Virus record (IMG/VR): IMGVR_UViG_3300044712_000786
Coordinates: 64,001-128,000 of that record
Direction: 5' to 3' (one strand)
Length of the DNA: 64,000 nucleotides
Source: a virus
Taxonomy: Duplodnaviria; Caudoviricetes
Positions within the stretch are counted from its first letter, which is position 1; every line of letters begins with the position of its first letter. The notes under the pieces are model-generated. The model worked only from the letters and a program-made list of their open reading frames with translations. It was not told where the DNA came from and did not search any database. This document shows, in pieces, positions 9,707 to 20,491 of this stretch. The position numbers were made by a program, and so were the translations under genes.

Positions 9707-11880
9707 GATTTTTGAAAAATTATTTATGAATGAAGATGTCAAATTTTCTGATACGGGCGAAGCTCACCTTCACCCTAATACAGACTGCCCTTATGCTGGA
9801 GACTGTCTAGTGGAAATAACCGATGGCCAAGAAAAATATGTCTATTGCGAGGGGTGCGATAAGACTTGGAACGTAAAAGAACTTAAAACTATATGAGACC
9901 AGTCCATAACTCAATTGTCTTCTTTAATAGAACTCTTTATAGACAATACCCAATGACCTTCGATTGCCGCAAAATTCTTAACGAACATATGGAATCTAAA
10001 GTAATCCCCCTACATAATAGGTTTGACAAAGAGGGATTTTTACAACTACCTAATTATGGGAAATTGTCTGGGATTTTTGAAAATAAGCTATGAAACAACA
10101 ACGCTCTCGCATTTTTCCAGAAGTGTTTGATATAGTAGGAGGTAATCGAAACTACGCGTTAATCCGTAGTAATATAAGAATGCTCGTATTTAATTTTCGT
10201 TATCAGGATACAATTAATATAGCTAACAATATCATGGACACTTATAAATATGAATAAGGTTAGCCACCACTTCTTTAATCAATTTAATATAGGCGAGTTA
10301 ATGCGAATAAGGGCCTTAGCCAATCATCTTGATTTCATTGAGAGAGGATTTCCAACTTATGGTTTCGCGGCGGTTATTAAAAACAATTTAGCTCATTGTC
10401 GTTTTGTAGATTTTTGAAAAATACCTTTATGAAGAGTGTCACCCACCTTATCGATGATAACTTTTTTTCATTATTAGAAAATAATGTTCGACATAGTTGT
10501 ATCGACAATGTCCGAGTTAATATGAGGTTTCTTGTTTTTAACAGGGGTCAAAGAATGACGGACAGTATCAGTATGGTTATTTATGAAGGGTATGATTTTT
10601 GAAATATGAAATCCGTAGCTGTCCAAGTTCGCTTGCCTCATTTAGACGTTGATTGTGATTGCATGTGGGAATCTGTATACTATAACATAGAAATAAAATT
10701 AGCTCGTATAGCAAGACTAAGAGACCCGATAAGATTTGGGTTGGAAGAGATTTTTGAAAAATATGAATAGTGTCGGGTTCACATTTGATAGCTTCACAAT
10801 CCAAATGCTTTTCAGTGCTAATGTCAAATACTCTTTTGCTAACAGTAATATATTTGGGACTTTTACTCTTGCCCTGAATATAAAGCATAATTTAAAGGGT
10901 CTATATGAAGAAAATTAAACGCACTTTAGGACCCCACGGTTCCCCTCTTTCTTATCTATTATCCTATCCTCAATGGTTAATATTCGAGAACTACATGGAC
11001 AAGCATTCTTTCAGACCTAATAGAATATTCTACTTAAATCCGTGCGGTTTTCTAAAGTTTGATTATAATGCGATAGATTTTTGAAAAATAACTATGAATG
11101 AATTAGCCCCCCATTTTAATGATTTTATGACTTTCAGTATGGATATTACTGCGCCTGCAATCAACTCAAACCTTGTTTTTGATTCATATAATATGGCGTT
11201 TAATATAAAGTATGATATATGGCTAGATGATAATGTCTATGATGAAGTAAACCTAAATGAACTTTTAATGTGGGAAAATATAGACCATGATTTTTGAAAC
11301 ATGAATAGTTTAAGAGCCCCCCTTGACCATTTCATAACCGACATAATTCAACGCCAGCTAGTCTATCCCTATCCTTTTTTCTATGGCTTTGCCTCTTATG
11401 GAACGGCTGCAATCTTTCGTTTAAATCTAGCTCTACACGCTTATAACGAAATAGGAGACATCGATATATCAAGATTTGCTCCTTTGTCTCTTACCTCTAT
11501 TCCCAGTGGTTTAGACGTTGATGATTTTTGAAAAATTACTATGAATAGATTGCGCGACCATTTTCTCACCTTCGTCCATCACACTCTTATACATAAACCC
11601 ATTTCTTCCGAAGTTTCTTTCACTGGATTTATGTCTTATATGAACGCTTTGACTATTAAGGTTTCATTGTATCGATACGTAAGGAATAGAGATAAAGTAT
11701 TGTTGGATTTTTGAAACTTACTGAACGGGAATATACCGTCCCGTTTTTTCTATATTAAGCGATGTTGTTCCCTAGCGGGAATATTAAGCGAGATTTTTGA
11801 AAAGTTTATTAAAATGTCTTTTTTGGTGCAACATATGAGAGTATACGTAAATACATATATTTATGTATAGATTTTTGAAA
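9707..11880 (+). repeat. 11 copies of GATTTTTGAAA separating mini-ORFs
   Basis: Copies start at 9707, 10072, 10409, 10594, 10749, 11076, 11289, 11523, 11706, 11792, 11870. Confidence 0.9.
9726..11714 (+). other. Tandem array of 11 short ORFs (51-76 aa)
   Basis: Manual translation: 9726-9896, 9893-10093, 10090-10257, 10250-10417, 10429-10602, 10606-10770, 10763-10918, 10905-11084, 11094-11297, 11301-11531, 11541-11714. All abut or overlap; six end in DF-stop. Confidence 0.75.
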
Positions 11881-12046
11881 ATATCTAGTTTAGTGAAAAG
11901 GGGTGGAGTGAAGTCAAGCACCCCCCCCGCCCATATAAATTTCGCTAATGGGCATTTTTTCAAAAACACCCCCCCTACTGGCCCCTCCCCCGTCATTAGA
12001 CAAACTAATATTTGAATTAAAAAAAAGGGAGCATAAGCTCCCATAA

Positions 12047-12253
12047 TTAGCACACTCGCGCATCACATACCCTTACAGTATGACCCAAGCTATTAATGAA
12101 GCTGATATGTTCGCCCCGCTCATTAGTCACAAGGCCGATGGCCTTTTCGCATAAGGCTTGCTCATTACGTTCGCGCAACTTGCGCGTGCTAATGTAACGT
12201 TGGCTACGTTGTTTGGCTATTACGTTTCCTTGTGCATCGCGTACGATAATCAT
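12047..12253 (-). CDS. Hypothetical protein
   Basis: 68 aa; followed by hairpin GGGAGC-TTAT-GCTCCC plus T-tract at ~12019-12042. Confidence 0.55.
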   Translation of the reverse strand: MIIVRDAQGNVIAKQRSQRYISTRKLRERNEQALCEKAIGLVTNERGEHISFINSLGHTVRVCDARVC

Positions 12254-12398
12254 ATTTTATTCTTTCGTTTTAGGGGACATTGGTTTTTCTAACATGGCAA
12301 GGGCAAGGCAGGCTTGCCACAAGTTGAACTTCTTAGTGCGCTTTCGAGATTTCATGGGCTAATATGGCAATGGTTGTCAGTAGTAGGATTGTCATAGC

Positions 12399-12833
12399 TT
12401 ATTCTTGATGGCCATCCCAGCTACCATGAGGGGAACCCATAGACAAGGCATCGCACAAGGCGGCATTAGCTGAGATAACATGGCATTTCTCCGCACTGTC
12501 AAACATCGATTTCGCCATGTCGATTGCTTCCTGCCATAGCTTGCCCCGCATACGCACGTAATCCCCTTTGCCGTTAAGGATACGCAATTGGGCAAGGTTG
12601 AATAATCCCCTTTGCAGCTTGGCAAGGGTAGTAGAGACATAGAAGAAAGCACCAGCATCGCACATGGTCTCAGCGGAATGTGCGTTGACATTCCACAATG
12701 TCATGAAAGCGCCCTGTGCCTGCTCTTCACTGCCATCAAATATGATATAAACTGAGGTGCCATTCAGTTGCACCTTGATAGGACAATTCGCGATTACTAA
12801 CATATCTTGCCTTTCGTTAATGTTGGTTGCCAC
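12399..12833 (-). CDS. Hypothetical protein (GTG start)
   Basis: 144 aa; preceded by TAGACT-N16-TAATCT. Confidence 0.6.
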   Translation of the reverse strand: MATNINERQDMLVIANCPIKVQLNGTSVYIIFDGSEEQAQGAFMTLWNVNAHSAETMCDAGAFFYVSTTLAKLQRGLFNLAQLRILNGKGDYVRMRGKLWQEAIDMAKSMFDSAEKCHVISANAALCDALSMGSPHGSWDGHQE

Positions 12834-13070
12834 TGGTAAAAGATTATCACACCTAGTAGAGAAGTCTAGACCTTAGTTGTAAGTAGTTAATAATCAATAT
12901 AATCCAGTTACTAGAAAAAACGGCCCAGTTAGTAAATATGGTTAAGTGGCTTACTAGCAAGGGTATAGGTTGACAAATGCAAGTTAAGGCTAGCTCATAG
13001 TATGCATAAGCGCAACTCACGCTTCCTAGGCTGCTCTATAGTGCATCGCACGCTTGACCCCTTGTCCTGC

Positions 13071-13103
13071 CCTTGCCTAGCCTTGCCTAGGCTAGCCTTG
13101 CCT
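13071..13103. repeat. Short direct repeats CCTTGCCTAG x2 plus partial third copy
   Basis: ccttgcctag ccttgcctag gctag ccttgcct in non-coding DNA. Confidence 0.85.
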
Positions 13104-13144
13104 ATACTGCGCTTATTTCCGCCCTCTTGTATTTCGCTAAGTAC

Positions 13145-13171
13145 AAAAAAAACGGGGGATATTATCCCCCG
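13145..13171 (-). terminator. Intrinsic terminator after ardC
   Basis: CGGGGGAT-AAT-ATCCCCCG followed by T8. Confidence 0.85.
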
Positions 13172-13175
13172 TGTG

Positions 13176-14021
13176 TTATGCTGCCATCGCTTCTTCTGTT
13201 ACTGCCTGCTCTGCTTTGTTCTCACCTAGCAACCAGTCAACGCGCTTTTGTGCCTGCCCTGCTGCTGCTATAACTAGCTTAGTATCACTACCTAACCTGC
13301 TCGCCCATCCCCTAATGTATGCAACAGAGTTATTATAGACATTGCTTGCATCTATGCCTAGGCGAGCTAAGAGCATATTAGCTCCAATCTCAGCAACTAG
13401 CTCTTCTTTGCTATACTCTTCTCCCACTCCTACAGTATCCTTGCCATCGACAAGCTTGCCAGTCCAGTGAATCAATTCATGCGCGAGCGTAGTCCAGTAA
13501 CCCTCATTAGTAGCAAACTGTTCTTTATTAGGCATTTGCACGTAATGCTCGCTAGGCATATAATACGCACGATTGCCACCATGCCGCAAGTCAACATTAT
13601 GCTTGCTAATAACGTCCATTAGGTTAGTGTCAACCACTACGTTCTTAACCTCAGGCAGCTTAAAGCCATGATTCTCAACATCATCAAGAGAGAATACGTT
13701 GTAGTAACGTAGCATAGCCCAACTTCTCTCTAGCGTGCTGCCATCACTACCCTTAACAGCGTCAAATTTCTTCCAAAAGCAGATAGGATAAGCCTTGCTT
13801 CCCTTCTTAATGTAGCCACCACGTTCTTTGATTTGATTGAACGTAGCAAACCACTGGCCTTTACCTACTAAGGACAACAGAAGGAGGTTAATGCCACGAT
13901 ACTGCTTTTGGGTTAGTGCGTTCTTAGGCCATACCATAGTCCAATCACGTTGCCAAGGCAAGGTCGAACTATCAGTAATGTCTTGTACGATTTTCGAAGT
14001 AATAATGTCGTAAACGTTCAT
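13176..14021 (-). CDS. ardC: ArdC-like antirestriction/ssDNA-binding protein with metallopeptidase domain
   Basis: LPWQRDW...YRGINLLLL, YYNVFSLD, GGNRAYY.PS.HYVQMP, HELIHWTG, YSKEELVAEIGA. Confidence 0.9.
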   Translation of the reverse strand: MNVYDIITSKIVQDITDSSTLPWQRDWTMVWPKNALTQKQYRGINLLLLSLVGKGQWFATFNQIKERGGYIKKGSKAYPICFWKKFDAVKGSDGSTLERSWAMLRYYNVFSLDDVENHGFKLPEVKNVVVDTNLMDVISKHNVDLRHGGNRAYYMPSEHYVQMPNKEQFATNEGYWTTLAHELIHWTGKLVDGKDTVGVGEEYSKEELVAEIGANMLLARLGIDASNVYNNSVAYIRGWASRLGSDTKLVIAAAGQAQKRVDWLLGENKAEQAVTEEAMAA

Positions 14022-14055
14022 AAGCTTATAATAGGCGTTCTTTTTGAGAAGTCAA
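14022..14055 (-). promoter_or_regulatory. Leaderless sigma70-type promoter of ardC (type example of a window-wide family)
   Basis: TTGACT-TCTCAAAAAGAACGCC(16)-TATTAT-AAGCTT-ATG. Confidence 0.85.
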
Positions 14056-14213
14056 CATCTATCTTTGAGTTAGTAAGTGTTGACTAACTAAAAATAGCTG
14101 TTAGTATGTGGTTAGTCAAAGACGACCACCGCTAGGGGGAATGGTAATAGGGGCGGAGCCTGCTCTGATTTTAATTAATAAAATTAGGGGTAGGTGAGTG
14201 GCTTTGTCACGCT

Positions 14214-14232
14214 AAAAAAGGGGAAAGCCCCC
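14214..14232 (-). terminator. Intrinsic terminator
   Basis: GGGG-CTTT-CCCC plus T-tract. Confidence 0.65.
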
Positions 14233-14235
14233 GTG

Positions 14236-14373
14236 CTAAGGTCCAATGTCACGTAATACTTCTGACATGAATATGTCAAGCCACTCGTTATACTCGGCTT
14301 GCTCTTCTGGCGTCATTTGAGCAAAGCGCGAAGTTTCGTCCTGTGCGTCGATTGTTGCGAAGTCGTTTTCCAT
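14236..14373 (-). CDS. Acidic 45 aa protein
   Basis: MENDFATIDAQDETSRFAQMTPEEQAEYNEWLDIFMSEVLRDIGP; own promoter (-35 at 14402-14407) and terminator. Confidence 0.7.
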   Translation of the reverse strand: MENDFATIDAQDETSRFAQMTPEEQAEYNEWLDIFMSEVLRDIGP

Positions 14374-15791
14374 AATCAGAGAATATAGAATCTTTTTAGG
14401 AAGTCAAGCTCTTTCAAGCTCGCCGCTCCAAAACTCAATTACCTTGTCGCCCACTCGAACAAAGTAAACAAAGTAATGATACCATTCTTCTACCCTTTCA
14501 ACTACACCATAAGACTCTAAAGAAGGGATTACTACTTCCTGCCCGACTTTGAATTTTGGCTCATTCATAAGCTAAGAATAGCAAATCTTTTTAAATTGTC
14601 AAGCCCCCTCTTTTTTGACTTGTACTTTCCATCCGTGAATATGGGCTAACTCATACAGTAGTTCGCGGAATCCCCAATGGCACGCGCCCGATGGAAACAG
14701 ATGATAAAACGCATACTCTTGAGTCAGGTCTATTCCCCCAAGATGAGACGCATTATCAGAAACTAAGTAGTCTCCCTTCTCTTTAACCTTGAGTATAAAC
14801 ATTTATTCCCCGCAATCTTGTTTGAATTGTTCTACTCCTTCCGCGTATCCCGCCCAATAATCATCTTGGGGAGTATCAGAATCTTGCATGTTCTGTTTAG
14901 CTACGCAATATTCCCCCGCCCATGTATACCCTTTTTGCTCCGCTGTTTTGTAGCCGCTATTAAAACCGCTTTTGTAATCGCTTTTCATAGTTGAATAATA
15001 GACGGTCTTTTTAAGAAGTCAAGCTTTAGAAAAGCGGGAGACTTTGGCAGCGTATCCAAAGTCCCCCGTAAACCCCTAATAGTCATGCATTTATCCCTTT
15101 TCATGCACCGCCGCGTCTTTTGTAGGTAGCACCCATTAATTCATTCCCTGCTACTTTCGGGTATATCCCCCAATATACATTGTGAGTCACGCGGTCTTTG
15201 TGCTCACACCCCGCTTTCTAGTTCCTACTGGGCCTCTTTTCGAGCGAGGAAACGCGCCAGTCACGGGAACTTACTTTTGGTGGGTCTTTGTTCATATTCA
15301 AATATTATCAGTCTTTTTTGAATTGTCAATACTTTCAACCGATAATCAAAAACTTTTTCTTGGCAATGTGCGCAATGTTATCTAACTCATTCATATCCCA
15401 GCCATCACCGAAAATGTATTGGCATTGCCAGCGAATTAACTTAGCTACTACTTCCAAAGTCACATAAACAGGCTTAAAGTCAGGCAAGCCGCAACCATAG
15501 ACAGTGGAATCATCCACATTAGTAAGGTCTTTGTTGCTCTTGGCGATTTCGAACGCTTGCTTGAATTCGGCTTTTGTCATAATCAGATAATACGCAATCT
15601 TTTTAAAACGTCAAGCCCTTTGTTTACGCAAAACTTAGTACCTATAATTAAAACAATAACGGCCTTGTCTTTTTTTGCGGATTGCGTTTTGCTTTTTAGT
15701 AAATCTTCCTTTCCATGGATAGCATTTTAAGCAAACCCAAGAGCCATGCAAACAATAGTTAGCTAGACAATTACAGTTTGTGCAGTGGGGC

Positions 15792-15932
15792 TTATTCATC
15801 GCATAAGTTATGCTCATAGTCTTCATCAGTTCCCATTCCCGCACTGGCCATGGCAGAATCAAAGTCGCCGTCCATATCATCAGGCAACTCGGTTTGAGAC
15901 TCGTAATAACTATCGATATATTCGTCTTCCAT
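15792..15932 (-). CDS. Highly acidic 46 aa protein
   Basis: MEDEYIDSYYESQTELPDDMDGDFDSAMASAGMGTDEDYEHNLCDE (17 D/E, no K/R); promoter TTGACA-N16-TATTAT-N6-ATG. Confidence 0.75.
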   Translation of the reverse strand: MEDEYIDSYYESQTELPDDMDGDFDSAMASAGMGTDEDYEHNLCDE

Positions 15933-15978
15933 AACCAAATAATAGCGAATCTTTTTAAAATGTCAAGCCAATCCAAAC

Positions 15979-16005
15979 AAAAAAAGAGAGGGGCTTTCGC
16001 CCCCC
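15979..16005 (-). terminator. Intrinsic terminator
   Basis: GGGGGC-GAAA-GCCCCT stem plus T-tract after ORF 16009. Confidence 0.75.
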
Positions 16006-16008
16006 GTG

Positions 16009-16545
16009 CTACTCGATTACCATTGTATCCCCATCCATTCGAACACTTTGCAGAGTCTCACCGCTCAAAACAAACTCGCGCACACGATTAATGGGCAACT
16101 TATCCCGCAAGTTATTCTTTTCTACAGTCAACGGGCGACTTTTGACTTCCTTGTATTCGCCCTTTTCGATTACAACTTTAGTATGGGCCAAACCCATCAC
16201 GTTAATGCAACCCGTTGAAATGCAATACTTTAGTCCATTTGCAATCTGAATGTATGCATCCGCTTTGGTGTAAGCGGGATTATAAGTCCCGTTCTTGATT
16301 GCTTCTCTGCTGTTCAAGAGCGAATCATAGACTTCCTGCCAAGCTTGCAACTGTAAAGCACCAACCATAGCAGGCTTAAGCAATTCCATTTCAGTGATGC
16401 TAGCCTCTATCTGTTTTGCATAGCTTGCGCCCAAAATCAGAGTATGACGGGCGACTTCTCCCGTTCCCTTAGCTTTGTAGGTAAAGGACACAAACTGAGC
16501 TTTACCCGCGTTCTGTCGAATAGACTCGATGATGTCGTGTAGCAT
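16009..16545 (-). CDS. Hypothetical phage protein
   Basis: 178 aa with its own leaderless promoter and terminator. Confidence 0.75.
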   Translation of the reverse strand: MLHDIIESIRQNAGKAQFVSFTYKAKGTGEVARHTLILGASYAKQIEASITEMELLKPAMVGALQLQAWQEVYDSLLNSREAIKNGTYNPAYTKADAYIQIANGLKYCISTGCINVMGLAHTKVVIEKGEYKEVKSRPLTVEKNNLRDKLPINRVREFVLSGETLQSVRMDGDTMVIE

Positions 16546-17624
16546 ACCTAAATAATACAGAGTCTTTTTAAAATGTCAACTGTTTTGAACAAGTTCGTCA
16601 ACACTCAACTTGAACTATTGTTTTAATAACTAAACGACAATTACGATTAGGAAAACACTTAGCCCATACGCGAAACTGTTCTTTAGCTTCTTTTTCGCCT
16701 GTATGGACGGGTAACCCGATAGAATCGTAATAACCGCCATTTGGAGCTTGTTCCTGAATCCAATATTGATGTTCCATTATATTGCCTCCGAAGCGTGAAG
16801 AGATTCAATCATGTTCTCTTTATTCCAGCCGCAATTGTCGCAGCCCATCACCCAAGCACAAGCGTCAATCTGTTCTTGCGTCATGGTTGAAATTGCTTGG
16901 CGCATATTAGCGAAAAATTGTTCCCTTGTTAGCAGCTTTTTGTTCATGTCCTAATACTAAAGGATTTTTTTAAATTGTCAACATTCCCTTGCATCAACGT
17001 ATAGAATCAAGTCAAGGACAATTTGAGTGATTCTCTGGGGATACCGGATTTTGCGCCACAATAATTGATAACGCGGCTTGCGAGTTTTGATGTATTTTTC
17101 CCCCGCCCATTTGTTAATGTAATTTATTAATCTGTAACCACATGGATACAGATAGAGGAACCGAATGAGTTTTATCATCGCCCTTATTATACAATAAATT
17201 GTCAAAAGGGCAAGCTAATTCAGATAGTATCAGTCTTTTTTGAATTGTCAATATCTGCTTTAGCCGCTCGCCTTTCGGCTTTAGCCACCTTGCGCTTATT
17301 GTAAGGCCGAAGATGTTTCCACCACTCGGGAGATTTTGTCAGGGTGTCTTTTCTTTTGTGCGCCATATTTGAATAATATGAAATCTTTTTAAGATGTCAA
17401 TTCTTTTGCGCGTTGGATAATCTTTTCCCTTATCTCTAAACCATTCTCCTTATATTGTCTGGGCGACTCATCCACAGCTTGTAATACTGCTCTATAGCAA
17501 CATTCCCCGAATAGTCCTAAGCTTTCGCCCCGCCTATCATTGACGGGCATAATCCCGCCCCATCCCTTTTTGTTCGTCCTATCTACTCCACATAAAGAAC
17601 AAATTCTTTTGATGTCCATAACGA

Positions 17625-17945
17625 TTACTTAAGCCCATAATAATAATCTTCCTTAGGCAAGCGAGCGTTCTTAGAGACAAAGCTAATAAAGTCGCCCCAA
17701 TTCTCCACAGCCCACTTAGCATCAGCTAGGCGCATAATGCTTTCGCCTTCCCTAGTTGCCTCGCGCAACTCCTTAATAGCCATAATCTTCTGGTCTGAAG
17801 TAAAGCGATATTTCTCTACTGCCCCTTTCAGCTTATTAACCAAATCAGCAGAAACGATGATGTTTACTTCGTCAATGGTTGTGCCCAATTGATTAGACAG
17901 CAAGCCAAGCAATTCAGAGTAAGTAAGAGTAAGTCGCAATTTCAT
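17625..17945 (-). CDS. Protein with ribosomal bL12 C-terminal-domain-like segment
   Basis: QKIMAIKELREATR....RLADAKWAVE resembles the bL12 CTD K(I/V)xxIKxxRxxTGxGLxEAKxxVE. Start moved to 17945 by promoter spacing. Confidence 0.55.
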   Translation of the reverse strand: MKLRLTLTYSELLGLLSNQLGTTIDEVNIIVSADLVNKLKGAVEKYRFTSDQKIMAIKELREATREGESIMRLADAKWAVENWGDFISFVSKNARLPKEDYYYGLK

Positions 17946-20491
17946 AATCAAATACTAGCAAGTCTTTTCTAATTGTCAACACCTAACATCTTATATGCTA
18001 ACTTGAACAATAAATTCCCCCGTGGAAATAGAGCAGTAATTCCCAATCATATCCGCTCTAATAAGTTGTTCTACTTCCCTGCGGTCACTATCGGTATTAC
18101 CTTTACCCTCAACTCTATTGCGTAAACTATCTTCTGTTTCACCTGAATGGACTATCTTGTTTCCAATTGTGAATAAGTAAATGTATTTGCGTTTCATACC
18201 AGTTCGATGTTAAGAGTATAGCAGATGCATGATGCAAGGTCAGAGCCATTTTCGAGTAAGCGCCTGATTAGCACGGGCATACTCTCAGGGGAGATAAGAC
18301 AAATCAGCTTTGCGCCATCATCTTGAAACTTATCGCCCCGCTCGGGGACAAAGCACGCTTCTAAGTGGCTATCAATCCCCTGATTAACCGCTTTCATGCA
18401 GTCTGTTCTATCGACCCCCGCTAAAGACATCAGATAAGGCTCTGTCATAGCTTCTTTAACCGCCTTGCCTAGTTCCTCACTCCACATTGCGCTAAATCGT
18501 TTCATATCTCTATAATAGAGAATCTTTTTAAGATGTCAAGAGCGTCTTTTCTACTATATGCCAATGCTCACCTAGAAAGCGCTGAGCTTGCTTCTTAGTA
18601 ATCTTCTTAGCGAAGCCATGGCCCATTTCTTTTTTCTGCCAGTTACAGGCTCCCGGCAGTCCGCTTTTGAAGAAACTACGCCCCCAAACTGATTTATCAG
18701 GGAAAACGAAGATTCGGGGGGTTTGTGTGCCGTATGTTATTTTGTAGTATGTCATTTTTCTAATTGTAGTTCGCTAAGGTTCCAATCGATTACCAGCCTA
18801 TGATTTCCATCATTCTCAAATTTTAGGAAAGCGGAAGTCCGAACTGTCCAATCGATATTGCCATTATACCCAATGCCGAGTTTTAGCTCGCCCTTATCGA
18901 CATTACTGTTATGAACAAGGGAGTTATCCCTATCGTAAACTTTAAAAGAAGAGACGTTCATTTAATATCTTTCTTAGGGTCATTTCTCGCCTATAGGCCC
19001 AATCCGCATTCTTAGCAAAAGGGTTAGGGTGTTTTAACGTCCAAAGTGATTTTAGACGGTCAATTTCTTCCTGAATAGCTTCCTTAGTCTCACCTTTAGC
19101 CCAATCTTCGGCGTGATATTCTGCTGACATAATCAGAGAATACAGGGTTTTTTCTAATTGTCAACCTTTTTAGTCGGAAGCTCGCTCGGATTGCTATCCC
19201 CACAATAATTACAGCAATATCCGCTAATAACAGGATGACCGCATTTCTTACAAGCGTAGATTGTGGGGACAAAGCTGCGAGCAAGCTGATTAGCCAGAGC
19301 TTGCCAGTGCGGAGTATACGGTTCGATGGTTTTCATATAGTCAACAATATAGAGTTTTTTCTAATTGTCAACCCATTCATAGAGTAGGGCTAACAACAGA
19401 GCTAATATGAGAATTTCCACGATGTTTGGGGCATTTAGCATAAGGTGCGGAATCTGCCCCGCACGTTTGGCATTTACCTTGCGCCTTTTTACGCAACTGA
19501 TACTTGCGTTGACGGGAGATTTTCAAAAATCTTATTTGGTCTCTTATCATGTGTAAATTCTATTGGTTTTTTACTAACTTGCTATACAATCTCTTCCAAC
19601 GTAAGGTAATAATCGAGTTTGCGGGTGGATTCTTGACCCAATACCACAAAAGTAAAAGGTATGAGAGTATTAGGATTCTTAACCCTGAAATGAACAGATT
19701 TAGCTTGTGCTAACAAGTTACGCAACTCTGTAATTTGATTTTCCGCCTCGCTGAATGTCATTACGTTATTATCCAGATAAACATCGTATGAGTAAGCTCC
19801 CACACGAGCGACAATAAACACTTTATATTGCTTTTCCATTAGCTTAACCTCGCAATCTCTACCTTGCTTTCGCCCCGCCGAGACTTGGCTTTAGCGAGTT
19901 TCTGTTTCTTGGTTAGAAGGTCATGAGCCGCTTGACGCGCATCCGCCTCACGTTGCCGCTTCTCTCGTTTAGCGTGCAACACATTCGACTTATAACCGTT
20001 AATCTTGATGTTCCGTTTGGTTTCTGCTTTCATAGTGTAAATCTATATGAGTTTTTTAAGATTTCAAGCCGTTACGCGCTCTGACTAACTTATCGATAAC
20101 ATCGATGGGAAACTCCTGACAGCCGACTATAACTTTATCTTTATAAACAAGGGCAGTATGATTGTTGTTTAGTTTGACTTTTGCTCCCCTACTGAGAGAC
20201 CAATCTATAGAGATAAACTCTTCAAAAGAAAGGTCTTTACACATAGTATCGCCGCATTTAGAGCCCGAAACTTCGCGCAAGTTTCCTTCTATTCTAATCA
20301 TAGAGTAAGGCCAAGTCTCAAAGTCCTGCTCAAAAGAGCCCCTTTCAAGATAGCTTTTCAGGAAAACATTAGGATTCTCATCAGAGTTAATGGACACGTT
20401 CCTATAGCCAGCAATAGCTAGAATAGAAAGAATTGCAACGTGCTCGCTAACGTTTTTTGATTTAATTTGGTATCTCATGTTCTAAGTCTAT

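Larger units (their letters stand above)
14599..20478 (-). other. Cluster of small, mostly monocistronic early genes of unknown function
   Basis: ORF-track entries 14599, 14803, 15335, 16978, 17389, 17991, 18194, 18528, 18752, 18942, 19154, 19582, 19839, 20056; many start exactly 6-7 nt after a TANNNT box. Confidence 0.7.

Noticed and set aside
9707-11880. CRISPR array or integron attC cassettes
   Set aside because: The repeat is only 11 nt with 78-365 nt spacing and the intervals are ORFs. No cas gene, integrase or GTTRRRY-type attC structure was seen.
15635-15976. 113 aa minus-strand ORF in the track
   Set aside because: It starts upstream of the promoter; the promoter geometry points to the 46 aa acidic ORF at 15792-15932 in another frame.
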